Assembly (NCBI GenBank): GCA_903813345.2
Contig: CAIIXF020000001.1
Coordinates: 23,684,001-23,748,000 of the forward strand
Origin: Owenia fusiformis
Lineage: Eukaryota
Reading direction: 5' to 3'
Length of the DNA stretch: 64,000 bases
The position numbers and the translations under genes are program-made. Shown here one piece after another: positions 42,501 to 54,500 of the stretch (position 1 is the first letter of the stretch; each line of letters opens with the position of its first letter). The notes beneath the pieces were generated by a model. The model ran no database searches. It was not told the DNA's origin and saw only the letters and a program-made list of their open reading frames with translations.

Positions 42501-45500
42501 AAATGATTGGTTGTAAATTCTAGGAATTTTACATGGCCTTCCTAGTACCCCCCTCAAAATCAAACAAGGGGGGTATAAATCTGAATATTTCCAAAACGCT
42601 GAAAAACTAGACACCAGTATTTTCAGAATCAATGTAGAATCATAAACCACAAATTACCTACATAAAGAGAAATTTGCTATGTTTCAAAACCACTTTTACA
42701 CCACGCTCATCCAGTAATATAATATCATTTCAAAACAGTTAATAATGATTGAAAGAAATATTCAAGAAAAATCTTCTGGTTTTCTTCGCACGTAAATCTC
42801 TGTTTCTTTTTAACATTTCTCCTTAATCTGATCTAGATATCATTAAAGGAATATACTTTGTTTAGATCGATAACTAACAATTTCTAATGAAAATATTCGG
42901 GGAAAACGAGTCCTTCAATTTGGGGGATCCTCTGGGGATTTTTCAGTGTTGTTTATATATTGGTTAATTTTAGCGATCTTTTAATACCGTAAACTCACCA
43001 TATACTTCTGAAATGGCTCTCAGGGAAATTTTCGGAAAGTTAGACCGGGGAAACCTCGAACCCCCGGTGGCTACAGAGTTGTATACCATCTAGACAGGTG
43101 AATAATGATAAAAGTTATAACATAATCGAGAGCGAAATCTACTTCAAAATATATCCCCGGGGTGATATTGAAATTAGCAGGATGATATGGATATTAGATA
43201 TGATACACTCCCCTCCATAAGTTTGGCAACCGTTCTTGTGTTCATGGATTGACGATGACAAATAGCTACCAGAGGGTACTTATTATTCATATTCAAAATG
43301 TACATAATTGAAGTTGCGGTGTTCCGCAACATTGAAAACCTTAAAATCTACTCATAACACATTGCTTTTACATCCATATTTGAACGTCTATATCACTTTC
43401 TAATTTTTATTTTATTTATTTAGAAAATTGTCCTGATGAAAGGACGATATATGAAATACACATGTACGTATTTCGATCGATAAAAGCTAATGTTAAATGT
43501 GTTCTCAAGGGGATTGATTACACTGAATTTTCAGAGAGTGACTTGCGGTAAGTACAGAGGTACCGCACGATAATGACGTAATTCTCGCGGTACCGCAAGA
43601 TATCTGCGGTGATGCTGATTTTGCGGCCCTTTTGTGAATTGGAAATAGCGGTACCGCAGGGAGTTGCGGAATTCCGCAAGCTTGCGGAGCTTTCATGAAT
43701 CGGGCCTCAGAAGACAACAGAATCGTCGATTTAATTCCTCACTTAAGTTACAGAAACGGTATTTCGAAAAACAATTAAGATCTGCACTTTTAACCCAAAA
43801 CTGTAACTTAAGTGAGGAATTAAATCAACGATTCTGTTGTCTTCTGAGCTATTTTTCGCAAACATGTACATTTTCTAAAACATATGATACTGATACAAGT
43901 TTGTGAGAAAAAACATTGTGGGGATTCTGCCTACAACGCATGAAATAGGGAAAAAAGAAAAATCATACCTTCAATGTTCAAACATTTTGCTACCGAAATG
44001 AATCGTTTCGGCAACCAGCGTAATCGAGCGGATCACCAGTGGCTTTGATATTATCCATGTACTTTATGCCAGATATGCATTTGGTTGGGAAGCTATTTTG
44101 TTCCAACAAGGTTAGGAAAGACATTTTATTTCATTCTCAAAAATTGGTAGAAAGGAACAAAAAAAACAATTGCACTAAAAAACAAAAAATGTTTATAAAA
44201 TATGTATTAATAATTTTAGCATTAATTTGTTGCCAATCAGTCAACATTACATCAAGGGCTGTGTTTTTTTACAGAATGTTTTCAATAATTAGTTTAAGAG
44301 AAAAACATTGTTGAATTCAGTTCACCATATCAATACCTGTCCTTTAATAGTGTCAAAATTAGTTGGAGTACAGTACCTGTAAGCCTTAGGCAATTTTAAA
44401 TTGCTAATGCTAATTCATTAGCATATATGCTAGCTCTAGTATGAATTAGTTTATGCTAGTAGCATGTCTTTCTATACTGCATAATATCATTATCATAATT
44501 AGCAGGAATAATAATTTGAAACTATACTTCAAATAATTTTTGCTCATTCTACTTTAGTTTGCTTACACTTTACAATTGAACAATATTGAAAATTTTAATA
44601 ATCCTATCCCCATGTTGAAAATAAAAAATAGATCTATAAAAATCATGTCAATCTTTTTCCCGACAATTTCATTCTTATTTCTAAAAAATCTGATCAAATA
44701 AAGGAGATATCAAGATATACATGTAATTAAGATTAAATCTTAATAACTTCTATATTTGATGCAGAAATGTCACAATCAATTTGAACTGAAAATAACGTAA
44801 ACATCAAAGGATAATTCCGAAAAAGACATCTTTGTTTGACCTTTTAAAAATAGCTATAGCACGTAATGATGAAAGTAAAAATATTGAAAACTTTTTGGGA
44901 AACTTACGTTCAGTAATTATAGTCTTCATCTGTTGTTGCCCTTTAATTATTGTTATTTTCCGTGTCCATTATGCTTCAAATATTAATCACTTTGTTTATT
45001 TGAATATCCTACATAGTTCCATTCGCCACAGTTGCAAATTATGATGATCACATCAGTCACTTCATTCCTGAACTTATGTAGCATCCTTTCATTAGAAAGT
45101 TTAACATTCAACATTTTCATCCAACCATTGAACACTGTGAAAAGAACTTGTACTGTTTTTTAAAGATCGTGTATAAAGTAATCTTAGCCATATTGTAGTC
45201 TTAGCCAGTGTAATAAAATGGGATATTAATAACACCCCATACAGTCTCAGCCTGCAGAAAACACTCAGTGTGGATAATATGAATGCTTGGTTGCAGAACC
45301 AATTGTCATTTAAGGTAGTCCTTCAATGACTATTGCGCAGTCAGTTCACACATTGTAAATCCTGCTCTTGTGTAAGCTCTCGGTAGGCGAGAATTAATAT
45401 TGTAAATACATCAAAACTCTGCCCTTCATAGCTATCCCGAATGGCTTTGGGTATCATGCTCGGCTCGCAGGTGGGAAAATCTGGGTTCGAGTCCCACTGT

Positions 45501-48500
45501 GACAATTTTATTTACATTTCTATTTTTATTTTTATTTTCATCCTTTTGGAACCACTTTGTACTTTTTTGATACTTTTTATATGACACATAATTATATTTA
45601 TTAGGTTTAGACCTTTATATGGCAGATTTAGTCATTATACAATGGAATAACATAATTAATTATTTTAATTAAATCAATTTCTTTCTCAAGATCCGGTCTC
45701 AAGATTCTAGTTTTCACATATTTTGTTATATATCAGTATAACTTTTAAAGATTTTTTTTAAAGAAAATCTGATTTGTAGAAAAAAACTGATACACTGTGA
45801 AGTGCAAAAATTAGCTAAAAGTTACTTGGGAGTTTATATCTGCCCTTTAATTTAATTTAATCTTCATTTGACCTTTAAAATGACCCTGGGTGGGGTCCTG
45901 TGAGATTGCTTGCAATATTGATATTGCTTAAGAGGTTGCATAAGCACGAGGTCATTATTTGTCTATAGGTATGTCTGGCTATAGGTATGCAGGCCAGTAG
46001 CCAGGGGGGGTTCGCAGGGTTCGGGCGAACCCCCCCCCCCCCCCCCCCCCGGTCAAAAATTATTTCAAAATCATGCAGTTTTTCACCATTTTGAGCAATT
46101 TTCAAGTGATTTTTGCCATATTTGGGCCAAAATTGTCAAATGTGAACCCCCCCTGGAAATTTTTGAAAACTGAACCCCCCCTTGGCAAATCCTGTCTACG
46201 GGCCTGGTATGTCATTTGACCACCAATATCACGCTATTTGTCTTTAAAGTACAGTTCTCTTTCAATAGCAATTCTATGTAACAAAGGACGCATGTTTTTC
46301 TAAGTGTCAATGTCTAAAATAGCGAAGTTCAATAAAGTCCATTCCCCAATTTCATTTTTATTTTTCTGCACTCTTATAATACTATTTGTATGAGAAATAT
46401 TTGTTTTCTAAGTTCATTGGCTTTACTTCAATGATTGTGAATAGAATGAAAAAATAAAAATACAAAGCCTTTTGTAAAAACATCCGAAAACAACTCATTT
46501 GCAGGGTCATTCATAAACAACGCCCTATTTTCTATAGCCTTCTACTTTAAAGGCTGTATATAAAGTTATAATATTAAAATGAATGTGAAGAAGACTAATC
46601 TACAATCCATTATCATGCCATTTTCTCTAGGTTTTTACACATAAATAGTTGCTTCAAATACATTTATCAAATACATTTATTCAATTTAGAGAAAAAAATG
46701 AAAATCATTGTGGAACTGATTGATTTGGAGTAATTATAACAACTTATATTATTGCTCGCCAAAATATGGTGGTTATTGAAACACAATATAAAAAATAAGA
46801 TTTGACAATATTTCGTTAGTCATCTTTAATGATTCGACATTCTACACACTAGCGAATCAAGAAGCCAACAAGGGGGGTGGCCTAAAGGAGGAGGGAAAGT
46901 ATCGCAACAGATTTCGGACAGTCATTTGTTAGATTTTGACTATTTTTAACAGGTGCATTTGTTAAGCCAATGTATTATATCCAGGAAAAGCACTCATAGA
47001 GATGATAAAATAATTTCTACTTTGAGACAGGGGAGGTGCAAACAACCCACCCACATGTTTTTTCTGAAACGTTGTCCTGATTTTCAACCCCTTCCACCCA
47101 TGCATTTTAAATTTTTATTGCATCAATATGTTGCGTTTTAAGACACAGTAAAGACACCTTTAAAGGAATAAGTAATCCCTGTTTGATAAAGTGGAAAACA
47201 ATATTTCCCATGTTATTTTCCCATAGGGAAAATTCATGCGATCCATTGCTTTCAGCTAATTTTGGTCATCCATAATGGATATCTTTAAAACCCCTGAAGG
47301 AATTACTTATTCCTTTAATGGGGTTAATGGGGCTTGAAAATCAGGAAAACATTTCAGAAAAAAACATGTGGGTGGGTTGTTTGCATCTTCCCCATTTCAA
47401 AGTAAGTAATGCATTGGCCTAACATATGCACCTGTTTAGATCCTCAGAAAATAGCCCAAATTTAACATATGAATGTCCGAAAACTGTTGCGCTACTTTCC
47501 CTCCTCATTTCAAATCTGGAAAAAAATGTCCACACCTGTGCAGGATTTTTTTTTGAAAATTTGTGGTCCATTTTTGACAATTTGGCTTAAAGGGAATGCG
47601 AAGTTTCATGTTCTAATTTACACGCTGGCTACTTATAACCATCATCTATCACCTCAGCTAACTCATTGGACATATCGTGTTTGAACTAACATATAATTTA
47701 AGTTCAAAGTACCCATATCTGGATCGCTGCTGCCTTAAAATTGATGCCTGGGAAATGTCGCTATATAATCACGTCATACTCGGATCGCGGAAAAAGAACA
47801 CATTTCACTGATATTTTATAAGTGTTTCTGTCCGCTTAACATTGTTGCCGCATGTTCATGTCCATACCATGTCATATATTTGAAAAAGTTGTTTCAATAT
47901 ATTCTTCATAGAAATTGAATTGTTGCAATGTCTTTTTTCAAATGTTTGTATTTATTTTCTCCAATGTGATATAGCATAGGCTAGGTAGAAAAATCACTAA
48001 ACTTATGAGATATCGGCTGCGCGATTCGGAAGTCATCGCATTATATTCCACTTGAAAAATATCCACAAGAATTATTTTATATAATGATAACACTGTGTCA
48101 AAAAGGATAAATCTGTTCAAATCCTGTAAATGCTTTCTTGTATATTTAACCAATAAATGAGGTAAAATGCATTAAAATATACAAAATGGCATTTACACAT
48201 AAATGCATTACTGTGCATCAATGGGGATTTATTTAACTAAGATTAATGTGGCTAATGTGTTGGCGTATTTGTGGTGAAAATAAGTAAGTTATATCATCGG
48301 CTGAACGCATCCAACTAATAGTTGCATTTACCATATTTATGTATATACACGACATACCATTTAAAATATCAAAATCTATGCTAATGTTCATTAATGCGCT
48401 GATGAGCATTTACGGCACATCATTATTAACCTTAAGGTTTACGTCGGCAAATAGGCATACTGCCGCAATTGCTTTCTTACCTAATCATAAATGGTAGATT

Positions 48501-51500
48501 TCTTCAATCTGTAGTATTCTATTCAAATATGAATAGGTGCATATCGGAGAATGAAAGAAATAAAACAAAAAGTAGTAATCCAATGAAACAGTAACTCCCT
48601 AAAGTGTTTAGCCATTTAAATTCTGATGAAAAACGCAAACAAAAAAACGAAAAATCGATGTCGTCTAAATGATACGTATGTAAATGTCAATCTCCTAAAT
48701 ATTAAGATTGGCAATAGCTTTACAAGGACAGGCCACTGTCATATTTTCAAAGAATAATACGTAATGTTTAATTTTTCTCAGTTGTTAAACGACCAATTTC
48801 AATCATCATATCACCGTAGCGACATTCGATATGACAAAAAAGCTTTTCAAAATTCAATGGTATTTCACCTTGGATCATGACAAGAGAAGGCTCATAACAT
48901 TCAGTGATGCGGGGAGACGATGGGGTCGATTGTAGTATGATATTCCATTTCAACGACGATAAGGCAATCGCTGTATTGATAGTACGCCAACACTTTATTA
49001 TATATTTATTTTTTGTTAAAAACAATTCCTGATTTCGAGCTTGAATTTAATTATATAACATCCGTGGTAAGTACAGTTCCACAGTATTTTTGAAATAATG
49101 ATTTTCAATTTAATGGCATACAACCTTTTGTTTTTCTATATCGGAAAATAAGTGGAACTTTAAAAGCTTCAGTCACGTTTGTTCAATGCGACCACACGGC
49201 GATCGTATTTCCCTGAAATCAGTAAATTTCTGCGGCAAACATAGGAAAACTACAGTCGACTTAAGGTCACTTTGCTGTCTACATACACGACATATCCAGT
49301 TTTTACAAGGCGTAGAGTCGGAGTTATAACTTTTTCTTTCCTGTGGTCACCATAGATATCAACAAGCAGCAGGCAAATCGTAGGTCTCACGACGGCCGTA
49401 CGTCGGGTTCACGGTCGACTTGCGGCTGCGCTTAGGTTACAATTGACCTTTCCGAACCATAGAACCCCTTGTGGATGCCTTCAAGAAAAACTACGCACCT
49501 CGTAGGGCCGCCTTACGCTGATTGTGCGTCATCATTTATCAGCCGTACGGGAATCGTAGTTTTTCCTCATAATCAAGATACGCCATACGGCTATCTTAGC
49601 AAATGTGACTGCTAAATTATCTGACTGCAGAAATACTTAGGCAACCGTAGAAATCCTTCTTACCACAGAAATAATAGACCGTACGGTCCCCGTAAAAATG
49701 TGACGTGAGGCTAAGAATCCATGATAGTAATTGAATACGGTTTTAGAATTTAATTTTAAAATTTTAATTTCTTTGAATACCTGTGTTAAAATAAACATAA
49801 ATGCAATGAATATTAAAGTACGAACACGTATTTTTGTAATGAGACTAGCAAATTAAACCATTGCATTCTTGGAAATTCAAGATGGGTTGGTTGAATTAAT
49901 TCTATTATGTTTTATTCAAATAGTTTGCATTCGCCTGATAGAATTAGCATTTTCTGTTTGCATTTAGCGCTAGACCTAATAAAAGTTAAAAAGTCACAAT
50001 TGTTTCAAGTGTAAATAAAGAATAAATCTAACCCGCATTCCATGTCTAGATAGGTAAAAAGCAATTCCGAAAATGCCGGCGTTAATATTCTATTGAAATC
50101 GTTCTTTATTATGGGTGGTATATACGTACTCTTTTAGTTCCTTTGAAATGATTTCTTTGGTTTTGGAATGGCAACAACACGGCATTCATCTTTTGATTCA
50201 AAAATGGCGCTTGGAATGCCAAGGCATCAATCTGGCATCAGTGACGTCATAACAATGTCGTAAAGAACCACTTTACGGTTGAAATGGCAGCTCAGTGGTC
50301 CAGTTCATATGCAAAACCCGGGGCTTAATAACAATTAAAAGGATAATGATAGAACAATAAAACTAAGTTGGATTGAAAGATATATCTTTATTCTAACTTA
50401 TTATCAAGTTTAAGGGACAAAAGTTCGCATTCCCTTTAATAGGCCCAAAAAGTTCCAATAATGCCCAAAAAAGCCCCCTAATCACGGCCCCACAAAATTT
50501 TTGGGCTACATTGCTACGTAGGACCTCATAGCAACCATATCAAAATGATGTTATTTTTACAGCTCTTTCATGAAATTAGATAATGTAAATGGGTACACAA
50601 AATATTTGATGTCCATTGTTCACTAATTTCAATGACTGATGAATGATGAAGATGCACTTATGACTGGTTGTAAGTTTAATTATACATGTGCTGTATGACG
50701 AAGATACGAAGGCCTCTAAAGATACAGCGTTCGCAACTTACGACCAGTCGTAAATATTCAAACTTACAGCGGCTCATAAGTTAACAAGAAGTGTTGTGAA
50801 AACAGCCAACAGAATCCCAAAACATAATCAATTCTAGATTTTCATATAAAGACACATCCCTGAAAATTAAAATCAATCCATCAAATGGCTTGCTTGGAGT
50901 CACATAGACATAACTTTACACACAAGATTTCGGAATGGAAAATCCGAAATGACTCCCTTAACATTTACCAAGATTGCACAAAATCTAATCTGTTCTAGAT
51001 TTTCATACCAAGAAACATTTCTAAAACTTTAAGGTCAATCCGTCTCATGGTTTAGCTTGAAATGTGTAAACAAGACTAACAGACAGGATTTTAGGATGGA
51101 AATACCAAAATGGCTGCCTTAAACCCGGAATGCCCAAAAACTTATCAGTTCAAGATTCTCATACACAGAAATACATCCCTGAAAATTTGAAATCATCAAA
51201 CAGTTCACCTGGAAACAGGTAGAAAAAACTAAGTGGGAAGCCCTGACCACCCGACTGGCAAACTGATCACAATATAGCACCCAAGGGTGCGATAAAAATT
51301 AATGACAAGAAACCTGCACGTATTAATGAATGTAGTGTACACCACCACTGCTCAATTTAAAGATGGTTACGTTGGAGCTTTTTAAATATATCTCACACAC
51401 TAGAAGCATATCAGAAAATCATACATCTATTCATTTTGCCATTTGTTAGTAAACTTTCTCATTAAAATTTTTTTCTAGCAGAAATCATACCCTCCCCATC

Positions 51501-54500
51501 TCCACTCATTTTGTCCAATTTACGGGCGTGAGTTGCAAGGAGTTCTCATCTGCTATTTAATTAGTTTTTCATGGCCTTCAGTAACCTTTTAAGGGTAAGA
51601 TTTTTCAATTTTTCAAATCATCTATTAGCTTCTGAAGGTCAAAGATCAAGGTCATTATTATTATATTATGGTCACCTCATTCAAATATGAATAGTACCTT
51701 CTACTATCCATATTCATATCTTAACTGCAAAAACAGCAACTCTACGGAGTAGCAAATCCCACCGAACAAAACATATTGATAAATAGCCTCCATCTTGAAA
51801 ATTTCTTCTTGAACAGAGCTCCTTTGTTCCTAAGTATCAGCATATAAAATTTGAACCAAATCCATCCTCTGGTATTTGAGTTTTCAAGGATTTCATTTCC
51901 ATTTTGAAATCCAGCTGCCATATTGAAAATTTCTTCTTATCAGAGCACCATTATCCCTAAGGCATCACCATAAAAAATTGAACCAAATCAGTTAATCGAT
52001 TTTGGTTATCAAAAATTTCATTTTAATGACAAATGGCAGCAATTATGATAAATAGTGACCATCTTGAAAATTTCTTCTTATCTCTAAGCATCAGCATATA
52101 TTTGAAATATGTAAATCTGTCCATAATGTTATTTGATTTATCAAAGATAACATTTTTTACTAAAAATGGTGGTCATTTTGAAAAACAGCTGTCATCTTAA
52201 AAATTTCTTCTTGAACAGAGCTCCTTTGTCCCTAGGCATCAGCATATAAAATTTCAACCAAATCCATCCATCGGTTTATTAACCATCTTCCAAATTCCCT
52301 CTTGAGCAGAGCTTGTTTGTCACTAAGCATCGACATAAAATTTGAACCATATCTGTCCACTGGTATTTGAGTTATCAAAGATTACTTTTTTTACATAAAA
52401 TGGCATGAAAATGTCTTTTTTAACATAGCTCCTTTGTCCCTAGGCATCAGCATATAAAATTTGAACCAAATCCATCAATTGGAATTTGAGTTATCGAAGA
52501 TTATGTTCTTTTACGAAAAATGGCAGCCATTTTAAAATTCAGTGGCCATCTTCAAAATCTCTTCTCAAGCAAAGCCCTTTTGTCCCTAGGCATCAGCATT
52601 GTATTAAAGATTGCGTTTTTTAAGAAAAATGGCAGCCATTTTAAAATTCTGCAGCCAAAATCTCTTCTTGAGCAAAGTCCCTTTTCCCTTTGGCATCAGC
52701 ATATAAAATTTGAATCAAATCCATCCACTAGTATTGAGTTATCAAAGGTTACATCTTTTACAAAAAATGGTGGTCATTTGAATTGAGTGGCCATATTGAA
52801 AATTCCTTCTCGAGCAGAGGTCCTATATCACTAAGGCATTAGCCTATAAAAGAATCAAATCCGTTAAAGGCTGATATCGCTAAAACCACCATTTGTTCAT
52901 TATTTTATATTCTCTCATTAAAGATCAAAATATAGATATCTCAAGAGAGGTGCAGCTTTAACTGATATTTGAGTAGGATGAACAAAAAATGAATGAACGG
53001 ACGGACGAACAACTTCTCTATATCCCTCTCGAACTTCGTTCGGTGGGTAATGAGTTGGCCATAAAATAGAGCAAGGTTTCTCATAGTTTTGGACTACAGA
53101 TAATTCCCATATTTTCATATGACACTTGCAATATACATGTACATCTTACATAAAGTATTCACTTATCTCAAAAAACTGGTCGAGTTCAAAAGTTGTTAAA
53201 TTATCAACGTTCAACTTGCTTCAATTTGACGTAACTTGTTCAAAATCATCTATTGGCTACCAGAAGTTCATGTACATTTGACCTTCATTGACCTTGACCT
53301 CAAATACCTCTATAATGGATCACTGCGAAATTAGAAGAAGCTATTTTTAAAGACTAATAAATGATTTGAAAGTGATAAATAAACTAAAATAAACATACTG
53401 CACAAGTGAGAATTGCCTTGTCTCATAGTGGAATCTGGGAACAGGGTCTCCATGTTTGTAAGCATTCTTTAAAGCATCAAGGTCCTTCCTACAGTTCTCA
53501 CTCATTTTATCAAACCTGTAACAAAAAACAAGTATTTCATGAATTAATTGAGAGTTTAAGCTAGCGATATTTTTCACAACTTAACTGTGAACGCAAAGCC
53601 GATGAAGAAAATGATATATATATGATACATGTTTTAGCTTCAAATATCTTACGAAATGAGCATGTTTAAAATATGTATCATAGAAAACCAGCTGTATAAC
53701 TATCAATGGCATAGTATACGATGATTTGTAGTCTAAGTAATGGACAAAGTAAACACTGTGACCGAACAATTGTTTTATGTGAGAAAACTACATGCATTTG
53801 TATAAGGCGATTTATACGTACAGGTTTCACATTATCTTTCTCATGGTCTCCACTACTGGAGCAACCATGTAATGGTGATGAGAGTTTACAATAAATTTGA
53901 GCACACCCAGTTGAAAATTTTGCATTCAGTTGAAAATAAATTTGCACCAAGTTGAATGGAAACTGAGAGTGGATCTATAAGCAAACATTTCCAATGGCCC
54001 ATGGCACATGTTTAGTTCCTAGTTCTGAGAACACTACTGTACTTTTGTAAAAGCTCAATTATGGGAAACTTTTAACAAATGATACAAAGGTATTTAATTG
54101 AACATTATGTGATCCTCATCCTGGTTGGTCAATACATAGTCACATGTTACTATTTCCCTTCGAAAGTTGTATTCCCTCAAACATGAGAGGCAGGAATACA
54201 GGGTGATCATTAAGTTCTGGGAATTGGTCTGCCATTTCAAGATTTCTCAACCATTTGAGTTGAACTTTTCAGCAGGTGCACATTGTATAATTCTGAATTG
54301 ACAAGCAATGTTTCATATACATATCATATCTACAATTTATTTTATTGCAATTACAAAAAAAGTAAAAGTGGTTCGCGGGTCAGAAAATTTTGACTGATGT
54401 TAATTTGAAAATTTTCTGCCAAAACATATTCATCTTGCCTAGATGGCTGCTTCAAACTACTTGGACTAGAGGCAGAACAGTACTCTTGAAGTCATTTATT

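Larger units (their letters stand above)
37508..43707 (+). mobile_element. Decayed PIF/Harbinger DNA transposon
   Basis: TIR AGGCCTAATTCATGAAAGCTCCGCAAGCTTGCG / CGCAAGCTTGCGGAGCTTTCATGAATCGGGCCT; 3-bp TSD CAG at 37505-37507 and 43708-43710; Myb/SANT-like remnant inside. Confidence 0.85.
37334..44040. mobile_element. Fold-back element (outer layer of the transposon nest), ~0.5 kb without its insertions
   Basis: ACTGGTGATCCACTCGATTA / TAATCGAGCGGATCACCAGT; arms continue (TGTAGGCAGAAT / ATTCTGCCTACA); the left arm AAATAGTTCAG resumes at 43711 and pairs with ~43801-43856. Confidence 0.8.

Noticed and set aside
36893-53399. In-frame CC2D1-fucosyltransferase fusion protein
   Set aside because: Both tandem acceptors give a TAA within two codons in the host's phase 2.
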